From Klebsormidium nitens (taxonomy: Eukaryota; Plantae; Klebsormidiophyceae): a stretch of DNA of 64,000 nt. The DNA is taken from contig DF237250.1 in the NCBI GenBank assembly GCA_000708835.1, positions 44,448 to 108,447 of the forward strand, read 5' to 3'. This document shows positions 38,070-51,100 of the stretch, one piece after another; position 1 is the stretch's first letter; each line of letters opens with the position of its first letter. The notes under the pieces were generated by a model. It was given only the letters and a program-made list of their open reading frames with translations, did not search any database and was not told the DNA's origin. A program made the position numbers and the translations under genes.

Positions 38070-40388
38070 TGCCCTTCGACCTCCAAGCGCCTCGTGAAAT
38101 ACCTGGAGCAAGACTTCGACGTCGAGAACCCGCCCGCCGATTCTGATCGACGCAGCATCTTTTTGCACGCCGACAAGAGGTCGAAAGGGGACGAAGAGTT
38201 CTTTTCGAAGGCGATGGCCGATCCAGACACCTACTTGGAGGCGGATCTCGTGGCCTTCTCTCCAAAGCTTGGCCCAGGCGTCCCGAAAGAGAAGCCGCAC
38301 GCCCAAGAAACCGTTGCTTTCGCCCTCAACCTCCTGTCAGGGCCTCCTGTCGAGACGCTGCTTCAGCAGCATGCGCGCTTCCGAACGGTCACTCATTCCA
38401 CCATCTACTACAAGCAGGTGGTGGCGTCCGCGGTGGACCTGCCGCGCTCGACGGAGGCGGTGTTCCAGGCGATCGAGCGCGACGACAGGCAGATTGTCCA
38501 AATACTCGGCGACGCCTCAGGCTTCCACTTCCTGAGGGGTTCGCATGGCATCTGCGATCCCTCATCAGCGAGCTCAGTCTTGTATGCGAACAACATCCTG
38601 GCCAAGGTGGAGAGCTATCTGGAGTATGTGCCGAAGCTGAAGGCCGACCTGGAAAAGCAGGGTTTTGTGGTGACAGTCGAACCCATCAATCCAAAGGTTC
38701 GACCTGTTGCCGAGTTACTAGGTCTGGCACTCCAAGACCCGCTCTCCATCTTCTTTGCAGGGCACTTTGACCCCCCTAGCACACGTCGTTTCCACTCGAA
38801 GTCGACATAATGATTGTCACTATTGCGAGGGCGAAGTCTTGAAGCCACCGGAGCTGAGCAGTTTGCGGCACAACCTCTCTCTCTGTGGGTTAGAGTCACC
38901 TTCGATGCTTGCTCTACAATCATTGCTCGAATTTTCGTTTGTACTTGGGAATGATTCGTCTCTCCACCCTTTCCTCTTCAGGGCACCCCAAGGCGGCCGC
39001 CCCCAGAGGTTCCTCTCGGCTTCTATGCGGACCCGGAGCTTCTCGACGACGAAGACTGGCGAGCAAAGTACATCATCACCCCGGAGCGGTACGAGGTTCT
39101 AATCGCGAGGCCCGAGAACCTGAGCCCGAGGGAGCAGCTGCAGGAGTACTCGTACGCGATGGTCAGGGAGGAGTACAAGGTCGACCCCGGCCGAGTCGAT
39201 CACGACTTCTACCTGCGCTTCTGCGCCGACTTAAACGAAGCGAATGGTACAAAGGAGGCCCACGCCAACTATCTGAGGTGATTACTTTGTTCCTTGCACG
39301 CCTTGCCTCAGGTCAGAATGGAAAGCCTTTCGAAGATGCTGGCCCGCCTTTCGTCTCGCTAGCTGGCTTTGTTTGTTCGAGAATTGCCATGAATCTGTAA
39401 GGTGTGCGCCAATACTGCGGCCAACCTCAAGCTGAATTAGGGCCTAATGTGGGTCTTGCTGTGGCTACGGTACGGGCCTGCTTTCGCGGTTGTTCAAGGG
39501 GTAGCAGTCAAGAATGTCTTGGCCGCGATTGGGCTGGTTGTCAGTTCCGCCTTGGGGCCGCAACCAGACTGTTTTTGGTGTGTCGAGCTGATTTGGGGCG
39601 TGATCAAGCATGCTCTTGGGTTGGCGGCTGTGGACTTTGGGTTCCGGTGCACCTTCATGCTTGTTTTAGGCTCCGTTTGGGGTTAGTCTGATTCGGAGAC
39701 CTGCTCTCAACTTCGTGATAGGGTTTGTCACGGGGGCGCGCCGGTCTTGGGCCTGCCCCCACCGTTCACTTGTGTTGTGAATGAAGAGTCAGGCTGGTTT
39801 TAGGGCCCCATCATTCCTTCCACTGCTTCTTGACGCTCATTGCAACCTGCAGGTTCCGTGAACACCGCTCGAGGCCCTCGTCGGGGACCTGGACGTAGCG
39901 CAGCGGTACGAGGATGGCGTGGTCCAGGAGTACGTCCGAGCAGTCCAAGATCCTGCCAGCCGTGTGCCGATCGCGGCACGCTTCCTTGCCTTCCTCGTTG
40001 ATTGCAAGGAGGCGGAGCTGGATCACGAGTCGGAGCAGTGGGAGGTGACATGCAGGCGGCCTATGCTGAGCTCATCGGGCCCACCAAGGAGCGCTTGAAG
40101 AGCATCTTCAGCATTTTCGGCTTCACGCAGCAGACCTCAAGGCCATCGAAAGCCGCCGATGGGAGAGTGAGCGAGGGCAAGGCCAAGAAGCGGAATGCGG
40201 TGGCGAACATGCTGAGGGCGGGCTTTGGGATCGAGCTACAGATGGCCGCCGAAAAGAGCGGGGGCAAATTCAAAACGCCCCACCTGTTGACGCCGACTAT
40301 CTATCACGATCTCCATCAGCGATACGGTCCGCTTAGCCCGAAAGTGGCCGCTCCCGAACCGGAGTGCATCATCAGGCCGCGAAGGTGA
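38070..40388 (+). pseudogene. Degenerate 3' half of the UL9-like helicase gene (element copy 1)
   Basis: Exons 38070-38697, 38982-39277 and 39853-40388 are paralogous to 51855-54189 with introns at the same positions. The acceptor is mutated to CAA at 38067-38069. The last exon has a 1-bp loss near 39868 and a ~10-bp deletion near 40047, both frameshifting. Confidence 0.85.
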
Positions 40389-40611
40389 TGATTTATTGTA
40401 GGATAGGTGCTTGAGATAGGAGGATTCGATTGGCATCTCACAATCTACATAATTTTGATTGTAGTGGTTATAGGCTTTCATCGATCTCAGAGCATTTTGT
40501 GTAGAGCCTCTGTCTCATAGTACGTTGACCATTGCGGTAGAAGAAGAAGCCATAGTTGCCCCCCCCGTGACCTTTAGCTAGGCATGCGTTGCTTCTGCCT
40601 TACAGCTAGCC

Positions 40612-41230
40612 TGTCAATATGGACAGCTTGGCAGACTTCATTGTAAAGCACGGTGGTGCAAATTGTCAAGACCATGCCGAGAACTTTTCAAGCGCGTGTG
40701 TGGTGTTATAGTTGATGGCATGAAGCCGTCAATATGCACAGTTCGGAAGACTTCATTGTATAGCATGGTGGTGCAATTTGTCAAGACCATGCCGAGTACT
40801 TCTTTGAGCCACCGAGTGAATTTATATTTGATGGTGCCCTAGCGGTCAGTGTAGGTGCCAGGACATCGGCCATCCTTCTGTCGTAGCCTCCTAGGAATTG
40901 CATAGCGTGTGGTTTTCCATCATTGCCTAGCTTTTCTCGCATAGGCGTTCCATCCTAAATTCCATCGGACATTGGCATACAGTCGTAGAAAGCTGTAGTG
41001 TCAGAACTTGGACGTGACATGCAGCACATAAGCTGCGGTGTCAAAGTTGTATCCCGGTCTCACCAGTGCGCCGCCCCATGGCACATGTTGCTAAAAGGGC
41101 TTATAACAGGATGTGACCATGGTGTGGGGCCGTCAATATGCACAGTTTGAAAGTCTTCTTTGTATACCACGTGGTGCAGATTGACGGGGCCATCCCGAGT
41201 ACTTTTCAACCCCCCGCCAATATGCATGTT
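40612..41230 (+). repeat. Palindromic repeat family (TGACAATCTGCA-N32-33-TGCAGATTGTCA), cluster downstream of copy 1
   Basis: Units at ~40615, ~40728 and ~41131 (gccgtcaatatgcac..tgtata..gtgcagattgacgg), plus a partial unit at ~41216. Confidence 0.85.
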
Positions 41231-41847
41231 TCGAAGTCTGGGCCTAAATTGACTCAATACATGTATATTATACTTAATCCGGCCTGTTGCCGAGTGGCTG
41301 CTGCGCTTGAAAAGACTATGTAACCTATCAGGTTACCATGCATCATCGAGAACGATTACATGGTTGACAGTGTGAGGTCAGACCTGCTCAATGTGCAGCA
41401 ATCTTGCGTGCATTTCATGTGGAGAATTCTTGTGTATGCAAACCTAACAGCATACGATGAAGAGTTTGGTTCGAAGCCGAGTGTTCCGCAATATGCACAT
41501 GCAAAGGCTGATAGAAATAGTGGAACAATGTGTGATGCAAGGAAAGCCTTATGTGGATGATGGAGAACAGACAAGCAGCCGAGCCAGAACCAAGCCGTGC
41601 CGGACGTCTCGTGATTACTTTTGGCAAAGAAAGTTGCCTTCTTCGTCCTCTGGCTCATCAAGTCTGCATGCCTTGCTTCTGACGGGCACATGCTGGCCAC
41701 GGCCAAGTCCGCCTCTATGACGCTACACCTTGAACATGACTGGAAGGACTCTGACTGCAGCTCCAAATCTAGCTGAATTCTTTGAGAAGATTGAGAAACC
41801 GTGAAAGCTGAGCAGCCCAACGCCCCACTTGCGGACTGTAGGGCTAA

Positions 41848-43299
41848 CTAGTGAGACCCAATGTTTCCAGCGACGTTCATAACCCAGATCAAGGCGTCTG
41901 GAGCATCTGGGTCGGCAGAATCTCCCATTGCCCCGCCAACCGCTGCTGGAAGGCGGAACAACGAGCGCAAAGACCACACGGCCGCGTTGGCCTCACCCCT
42001 ATTGGCGAACCCCGTCAAAATGACACTCGACGCAGCACCGTTAGCATTGGTCAGGAAGACGGGCTGCTGCCCGTTCAGGAGCGCAGGCTGCGTGCTCACG
42101 GCTGCCAGAATTTGCGCGCGGGTGGGCCCCTCGCAGACAACCAGCGGCGGGTCGAGGCACTTGTTGACGGCTGGCCAGTTGAGCAGAAAGCTGGAGAAAG
42201 AATGAAGGAGCATGAGGGATTGTGGCAACATAAAGTGAGTGACAGTGCTTGACGCACAGGAGCGCCCTGCCATGACCTGTCACTTCCATTTTCTCCTTCG
42301 TTACCTCCTGTGGTGAGATGGAGACAGACATGGATGCATCTGTGAATGCACAAACATAATGCCAACAGAGGTCCTGCTTTGACATGCGCGGATTAGCTGC
42401 TTCTCAGATTAGTGTAGGTCCCAATCAGCGCATACAAGAGAGTGTAATGCAGAAAACAGACTAGACGCGGTCAGCTTGCACTAACTTTCAATGGCTGCTC
42501 AGCTCGTTGGGATCTGCATTCCTTTTGCGTGAAAACCGCCCTGGGCAGCGCAATGCTAAGAATACTGGGTCGGCAACTGAACAATGGAAACCTCTTCTAA
42601 GCAGAGAGTGGTTGAAGTATCTGGCGGCAGCAAAGTAAAGATGTTGACATTGCGTACCGGTTTTGGTCCTTACCTATCGAACGCCTCGCTGAATGTGGTG
42701 TACTGCGCCAGAGCCTGCCTGGATGCCCCTATCAGATCTGCATGTGGAGTCCGGCTGAGGAGATTTAGGAGGGGAAGAAGCTCTGATGGCCGGGGAGGAG
42801 GCATAGCCTTCTTCCTTGGTCTCTCGCGTGCATGCTGCCAATCAATGAGGGGCTGGCCCGCCTTGAGAAGCTTGTCAGCAGGGCAGAAAAGGTGCGTGAA
42901 GTCCATGCCTTTGCATGGGTTCTCAAGTGGGACGGTGATGCGCTGCAGCATGCGGAACATTGCGACCTGCTCTTCAATGGCCAGCCTCCCCTCTGCTGCG
43001 GCCTTCAGAACATACTCCACCTTCTTGTCATTGATCATGTCTTCTGTCGACTCCACTGCCAAGCAGGCGTCCTCCACGCTCATCTCCAGACTTTCGACCA
43101 CCTCTTCCAAAGTAACTCCCGGGGGCAGGAATCTTCGGAGATTGTCCGCGATCAGCGCCAGGCTCAGGATGTCCTCCTTTGACTCTGCCACCAGTTTGCT
43201 GAGCGCCCTTACGTGGAAGCGTCTTAGGCTGGGCAAGCACTCTGCCCTCCTCACGCGCTCTGCTCGCTCAGGCGAGACTTCCATGGCCTGTGTGTCCAT
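41848..43299 (-). CDS. Hypothetical spliced protein, divergent from the PrimPol-UL9 gene
   Basis: Exon 43299-42674 (MDTQAMEV..FDR, donor ag|gtaagg) joins in phase to the acceptor at 42190 (SFLLNWPAVNKCLDPPLVVCEG..DALIWVMNVAGNIG). No family recognised; the 3' end is uncertain. Confidence 0.6.
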
Positions 43300-43719
43300 T
43301 GCGTCTTCTGGCGCTAGCACGTAGGGCGCTTGCAGTTCTCAGCTTTGAGCAACAATCGCTGGTCCCAGGTACGGCGTTCCGCCCCCACCCCGTTTGGCTC
43401 TTGAGCCATTCTGCAGGGCGCGCAGGCCAGTTGGCGCGACCTTACTAAGTTACCAGGCGGATCATTCGCCGAAGTTCCAAGATGGTCAGAATGATTTCGC
43501 AGCCGTCCGATCTGCACTTTACAACTTCAGTCTGCAAAGCTTAGGCCCGGCAAGTTAGATAATATAAGGACGAGGTTACAGCTCTGGTTTGAATCAAACC
43601 CCCTCACAACCGTAGGATAACAACAAATATGAGACGTCCAATTGTTGACGTTGCCGATCCGACGGTATCGAAATGGTTTTGCTCTGTCCCCCAGCCATTC
43701 CAAAGCCTGGCGGTCCGCC

Positions 43720-44860
43720 TCACCACTTCCTGCATAGCCTATGCACTATAAGGCCACGGCAGCCGTTACCATTTTCCCCTCAGCCATTCCCGCTCACTTG
43801 GAGTTGGGCTGCATTTGAGCTACCCACGCTAGTTGCCAGCGGTCTCATTCTAGCTGCCCATCTCGCTATCTTTCTCGCTCATGAATCAGGGACACTGCTG
43901 CATATCACCAGTGCGTTCTCCAAAAGGCGTTTCTGTTTTAGAAAGCTGATTGCAATGCCGCCTTCTCTCCTGACTTGTCTCCTGTAGCTTGCTTCTCAGG
44001 AGGTCCATAGCTGACTCGAAATTTCAGGTCAGCCAGGTTGCTAAGTAGTCAGAGGTGGCGCTGGCGTGATCTGGCACTTTGCGGCAGGTTTGGACCCTGC
44101 CTGGAACTTCACAGACATTCTAGAAGGAGGAAGAAAGTTCTTGCTGAGTCAGCATTTTGTTGACTCGGCACAGCTGGCGCCGGCACCCAATGGCGCTCAC
44201 CGGCACCATTGGGCACCTTACTCAGCTTGCCAGATTGCTGACTCAGCTTGCCAGATGGCCGACTCAGCACAGCTGGCGCGGGCACCCAATGGCGCTCACT
44301 GGCACCATTGGGCACCTGATTCAGCTTGCCTTGGTGGCTTGCCATGGTCTTCAACTTCATTTCTCAGAACTACAGAAAGTCCAATCCTGGAGGGAGCTCT
44401 TGAGCGAGCTCAGAAGCTGGCAAACTGTCTTCAGCGCTTGGTGCACGCACGCGCGCGGACATGCTCAGGTAAGAGCGACTTTCTTCATCTCTTCTGACTT
44501 CCTGAGGACCTGTGTTTTGTGCTTTGCAGTGGATGCTTCCAGTTCTTTGTAATCTTACACAGAGAGGGGCGCTGGGTTGATCTCCAAAGTTGGAGACAGC
44601 TTCTGCTTGCTTTTGTGAGGGGGCTGCCCTCTGCATCACCAGGGCTGTTCTTGAGAATCAGGGGCAGCCCCGGCTTTCTTCAATTGAGGGGAGAGGGCTG
44701 CCCTCTTGTAGCGCCAGGCTGCCCTCAAAAGCCGGGCGCAATGCTTGCTTCTGTTGGATTGGGGAGGGGGCTTGCCCCTTATCAGCGCCAGGGCTGCCCT
44801 TTAGAGCCAGAGGTCTTAGCCCCTGATTTTCCTAAGTGGGGGCTGCCCCCGCAGCGGTTG
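43720..44860 (+). repeat. Non-coding leader of element copy 2, with internal duplications and a GGGCTGCCC/GGGCAGCCC cluster
   Basis: Paralogous to 36575-37560; tandem duplication of gactc(a/g)gcacagctggcgc..cccaatggcgctcac..ccattgggcacc at ~44160-44330. Confidence 0.85.
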
Positions 44861-45178
44861 CCTGTTAGCAATCTATAAATCTGTTGGCAACTAACTTCAA
44901 TGATACATCCCACATGCATTCATGGGCATATATGTTTGGTGCAGGCTGATTGCGTGGCAACAGTAGAGCGTGTGGACAAACGCGCCGCGCTCCAGGTTTG
45001 GAGGTAAGCTCTTGCGCTCAGGTTTGTCTGGTCCTGCAGCTACTCCCCTTGCATGCTCGCAGGCCCGTGCTCCCAAATTGGGACTTCTTTAGCCGTTGCC
45101 TACATCCAAGTCTCACCTGAGCTCAATCGCTCATCATTTCGTTCCGGAACTCTGAGAACACTCTTGTTCTTGCAGCAG

Positions 45179-48100
45179 ATGGCGCGAACGGCTGTCACAC
45201 CTCACCAACACGAACCAGCGGCGTCAGTCATTGCTGGCGAGGAAGGCACCCCCACCGCTGATTCTCCACCGCCCAGCGTGGTGGGTGCATATCCTATTGC
45301 TCAGGCTTTACTGTCTGAAAGAAGGCCTTACCAATCTTGAGCAACGAAGTGGTGCGGACGTACATGCATGGAGCAGATAATTTGCAGTGGTTAGAGAATT
45401 CTGTGTATAGACCAGAGGTGCAGATTGTCGGGCCCATGGTCGGGCACTCCTGTTGTACGGCGCGGGGTCTGACAATTTGCATCGATCAGAGACCTCTGTG
45501 TACAGATGAGAGGTGCATATTGTCAACCCATTCGGCACTTTCCTGAGAGCTAGTGGATATCCATGCAAGTAGACTGTGCTTCCAAAGTGGGGCTCTCTCA
45601 ACCGTCGCCCACTCTCGTCCTCTCATCATTGTGCAGCAGACGGCAAGGGCAGAGACGTCCGTCGCAGCACAACGGAACGAACCAGCGGCGTCGTTCAGTG
45701 CTGGCAAGAACACCCCCGCCACTGACCCGCCCCCTTCCAGTGTGGTGAGCTCACGTGTCCGATGGCCTTGGCTCTGCTGTGTCATGTCAGAGAAGGGCAT
45801 ACTGATAGCGCGGAAGTGGTATGGTTGTAGCTGGGCAGTCACTGGCTTGCTTGGGGGTCTGTCAATCTGCATCGGTTGGAGACTCCTGTGAATAGACTGG
45901 AGGTGCAAATTGTCGGGCCCATGCCGGACACTTCCTTGTACTCGAGGGTCCGGGGTGTCAATCTGCATCAGTCAGAGACTCCTTGTGTCTAGACTGGAGG
46001 CGCAACTTGTCACCCCCGCGTGCCGCGCGCTTCCTTCAGATCCAGTGTAATTCATGGAGCAGGGGGTCTGACAATCTGCGTCGATTAGAGACTTCAATGT
46101 ATAGTCAAGAGTTGCAGATTGTCAGGCCCCATGACAGACGCTCCTTTGCTTCTTGTAAGAGATGGGGACCGACGAGATGACAATATGCATCGGTGGAGAA
46201 CTTGAATGTATAGACAGTTGGTGCAGATTGTCAAGCCCAACAGCTCCGGTCTGTGCTTGAATAGAAGTCACTGTATAGAACTTGAGGTCCAGGTGACAGC
46301 TTCCATCAAGAACTTTCTGGATCAGGGCTGTGATAGGGCCACACAGGTTCTGAAAAGTCGACCGTACGCGTCACGAAGCATGCTCTTCCCGCCTCTCCAG
46401 AACACATGGCCATATGCAGTGCGCATATTCGAAAGACCCTTACCCACAGCGAAAGACGCCCTTTAACGATACTGCGTGCTGTTCTTTGACATCTTGAGCG
46501 GCTGGATTTGAGTCGATATCCAACATACTCTGTGCCATTTCTATTCGCAGGCAAGAGACGGCCCTGAGGCTGAACGAGATGCCAGCACGAGCCAATTGCA
46601 GGGGTCCGCTTCGAGTGTGGGCACGAAGAGGCCCGCTGTGCAGATGCCAGCACAAGGAGGAGGTCCGGAGAGGAAGACCGTGACTCGAAGGAGACTTGTG
46701 AAGCTCTTAGAAGTCGCCAGTGGAGACCCAATGGGCTCTACCGCAACTCCTAGTGATGGCAGAGAGTAAGTTTCACATGCCACACGCTGTGTCGTGAGTT
46801 CACATGCCTGTCTAGGAGGATCTTTAGAAAGAAGTTTTGCCCTTCATGATGAGATGTTTCCAGTGTAGTCAAGCACGTTTCCATGGAGACGAATTCATCC
46901 AGATCGTAAGGCATTTCAAATCCGGACCTTCTGCTCGATCCAGGGAGGCGGAGATCCCGGGAGGCGAAGGAGAATCATCCATGGCCACGGACGATTTGCA
47001 GAGGGCCGGGCAGAGCAAGGTGGCCCTAGGGGACCGTCGGCCCGCGCAGAAGAAGCAACGGTAAGCTCGTCGGTTCAGCTTATCATTGCTGTTCTCCCTT
47101 TAAGGCCAGGTGACCCGCACTGATGGTGCTTCTTGAGGGGTGCTGAGGGCTTCAGAGCAGCCCTTAGTCTGATAGGTGCTGATAGCAAGAGCAACCCTTA
47201 GTCCGAGTGGGGTCCATCAGACTGTCCCACCTCAGCAATTTTCATAAGCGGCAAGGAATCGAGCCGTCAATCACTGGTGCTGCGGGTACTCCCCGTGCTG
47301 AACCCGACCTCTTTCTTTGGTATTCCAGCAAACGGGCAAGACCGGCCCCTCTCCCACTGGACGAGGCTGCTCGTGCGGCCGCTCGAGCAGCTGTCGAAGC
47401 TCACCGCCAAGCCCTGGAGGCGTTGAGGTACCCCACGACGCAGCGCGATGGGCAGGCCGTACACCAGACCGAGCTCGGTGATTTTGGAGGCCCGCTTGAT
47501 GCAGCCCCCGTGGTGAGTTGTCCGCAACAAGCTCCTACAAGTCCGACCATTGCCTGCGTGGGGCGCATCCCAAAGCTAGCCTGATTGATCAGCTCAACGG
47601 CGCTTGTAGGTCATGGCGTGGGGTTGACAATATGCACCGTTTTGAGAGTCTTGTTGTATAGCATGTTAGTGCAAATTGCCAGAACCATCCCGGGTGCTTT
47701 CCTGTCGGACCAAAGTAATGTTGCGGGTCATGGCATAGAGTCGACAATATGCACGGTTTGTGAACTCTGTTGTATAGCAAGGCAGTGCAGATTGTCAGGC
47801 ACCATGCCGGGTGCTTTCCATAGGATCCAAGTGATGTTGTACGTCATGGCTTCGAGCTGACAATATGCACGGTTCTAAGAGACTCTGTATAGCATAGGTG
47901 GTGCAGATTGACGCATTCAGCCCCGGGGGTGCTTTCCGTTGGACTCAAGTAATGATGTAGGTCATGGCGCAGAGCTGACAAGCCCGGTGCATTTCTTGGT
48001 GCAGACGCTCGTGACCGACGCTCCCATCACCAACGTTGGAGCCCTGGTCGACCGCGTTCAAGCTACGCGAGATGCTGAGAAGGCGGCCGCGCGCGAGGAG

Positions 48101-51100
48101 CGGTTGAAGCGCTACAAACGGACGCGACCCCTCGGTGTGCCACCCCAGGCGGCGGAGTCCCTGCCCCGCAGCATCGAGGACCCGGGCCTTCTCACCCCCG
48201 ACGCCCCCCCTTCTCGAAACACATCCCCTGCCCTGAGCCGTGAGCAGCCCCCCTCAGCGCCCCCCCTGGAGTTCCTCGGTGCGGAAGAGGAGCAGTTGCC
48301 AGCTGCGCCCGCTGTGCCCGCTGCGCCTCCGGTCGATCAGCCCCCCTCTCCCCCCTTCGTTGAGGAGGTTGTTACAGCACCGAAAGATCAGCCCCCGGAG
48401 CCCCTGGTCACAGTTCTGCCCCAAATCGGAGAGGCACTGCCCGAGGTCGTCCCCGGTCAGCCCCCCACCGTCGCCCCTCCCACCCAACAACAAGCGCCAG
48501 ACCCGCCGCACCAGCTCCCTGCAGCGGACGCAAGCCAGCCCTCTGCCGCTGAGCAGGAGCGGGAGCAGCCGACCGGGCAGTCGCCCTCCGCACTCGGGCC
48601 CCCGGAGCCGCTCGTAGCGGCCTCTGAAGAACCCTCCCCGGTGGTCGAAGCTGCGGCAGCAGAACAGGGGCCTGGCTGGTGCAAGAAACTCCAGGCCGCG
48701 CTTCGGCAGCAACGGGCGGCCGGGCATGCGGTTCTCGTGGCGGAGGACGTGAACGACGTTGGGGCGAAGCGCTGGGGCAGCTTTCAGGATGCTGCGGCCT
48801 TGGTGGCGCATCGGAGGTCCCTCGGGCCGTACGCGCACCTGTACGAGGTCATCCAGGACGATGCGTGCTGGCGCATCTACTTCGACCTGGACTTCTCGGC
48901 CCCCGCTGAGGACCCCGGCGATTTCGAGCGGAGGCTGCAGGCCTTCCACTCGGTCAGAGACCGGTTCCTGACCTCGGTGTTGAACTTGCTCGAACACGCG
49001 CTCCGCTTCCAGGCGTGCGAGGCGCACGGTGAAGCGCGCCCCCCCAAGCAGGGCTTCAAGTACAGCGTGCACGAGGTGCTCACGGACTTTTACCTGAGGG
49101 GGCTGGATGCCAGGAGGGCGTTCGGGAGGGCCTTCGGGAGCTTCTTGGAGAAACCCCCGAACGACCTGAAGTCAAGCGTCGAGCTGCTGCGGAAGGACGG
49201 CGGGTCCGCTTACATGTGGGACGGGGGTGTCTACGGGCGGCACCGCTGTTTTCGGCTGCTGGGGTCTTCCAAGTTCGAGGACCGTTTCCGTCCCCTAGTT
49301 CCATCCGAGGGCAGCTCCGAGGCGATTGCGGACCACATGGTCTGTCTCTACTCGGAGGCAGAGCTGGCCGGTTCCATCGAGATCAGTGCTGACCTCTTGG
49401 GGGAGTGGGCGACCGCGAAGCCGGCCCCCCCCACCCCTCCCCGTGTGGGGGCCTTCCGTTCGCAAGCGCTCACTTTCGACGAGGCGAGCACCTCACGGGG
49501 GCCTGGCGGGGACCTCTCCGAGCATGAGCGGGCCGTCCTCCTCGCCTGCTACCAGGAGGACCACGCAGGGGCCGAGATCACCCGGCTGGTGCAGGAGCGG
49601 CCGGGGGACTTCTTCGTCCACTTCCAAGCGCCGGATCCCATGTGCTGCATCGCAGGAAGGCGTCACACGTCACCCGGCAACCAGAACCCGTACCTGATCT
49701 ACAAGCGGGACGAGCCGCGCATCGCACGCTACCAGTGCTTTGCCAACAGCTGCAGGTGAGGTGCCCATGTAGTGAACCTTGAGCATTGCTTTGCATTCGC
49801 TAGACGCTGACAATCTGCAACGGTTGGAAAGCTTCAGTGTATAGACAGGGGGTGCGAATTGTCAGGGCCCACGCGCCGCGCTCCTTGAGTCTCACTTTGG
49901 ACTCTGACAATCTGCATCGGTTGGAAAGCTTCGGTGTATAGACCGGGGGTGCAGATTGTCAGGGCCCACGCGCCGCGCTCCTTGAGCCTCACTTTGGACT
50001 CTGACAATCTGCATCGGTTGGAAAGCTTCAGTGTATAGACCGGGGGTGCAGATTGTCAGACTCATGCCGCTCATGTCAGGCCTGATGAAATTGCGCGGTC
50101 TGGCCCACTTGGCTGAGACAATGAGGCTTGTTTCGAGTCCACTTGTGGGCCGTAATCAGGGGACGGGGCCAGATTGTGTTCAATGCAATCATTGAGGGCG
50201 ATGCGGCGGTTAGTCTCTCCCATAGAGGAGAGTGGCAGCATCTTTTTTGCACCCCACTGGATTGGTATCATGGTAAGAGCGCCTCCCAATCCATCTTTTG
50301 CAGGGGCGAGTGCCGGGTGCTGCCTCTTGATGTTCTCAGCACGCTGGGTTGGACGGAGGACTACGTGGACGATTCCGGAATGCGACCCTACCCCGTGTTC
50401 CGGCTCCAGCACGTGGGCAAACGAACCATCTTGGCTCGTGCCAAGAAAGGGGTCGGGAAGTCGAAGGAGTTGAAGGCTTGGGAGGTGGCCATGATTAAAA
50501 AGAATCCCGGGCTTTCCTTGTGCTCAATCGGAGCCAACATCTCGCTCTCCCAGAAGTATCGCCAGGATTTGGTCGACGCAGGCGTGAAGGACGTCGTGTT
50601 CTATCAGGAAGCGCCTCCGGGTCCAATTAACGCCCCCCGTGTCGTCTGCTGCATCAACTCCATCCACCGCGTGCAATTCAAGATGGACGTTCTGATAATA
50701 GACGAGATGGACATGGTTCTTGCCAATCTCAACTCCGAGGTCATGACCCAACGGGGCAGGGTGCTATCATGCCTGGAGGCACTTGTGGCGGGAGCAAGGG
50801 TCGTCATCGGCCTAGACGCCAATATCGACTCTGCACGCGTCTTGGAGTACCTCTTCATGGCGCGGCCGGACGCAGACTTGCACGCCATTCGCAACCGGGG
50901 CTTGTACCCAGCTTCGAGGCATGCCACCATCCGGGTCTTCCCGGTGGGAAGTGGTCTTCGCGAGTGCATCGGCACCGCGGTGCGGGACGTGCTGGACCGT
51001 GTCGCTCGAGGCACAAAGGTCGTGGTGAGTTCTTCTATCTCCAGGCATGTGGACATTCTCAAGCATTGAAAAGGCAGGCTGATCTAGCTAGCTGAGCCGC

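Noticed and set aside
42584-43324. 246-aa plus-strand ORF
   Set aside because: Antisense shadow of the minus-strand exon 43299-42674, which has a proper donor site.
48254-49072. 272-aa minus-strand ORF
   Set aside because: Antisense shadow of the GC-rich PrimPol exon; no motifs.
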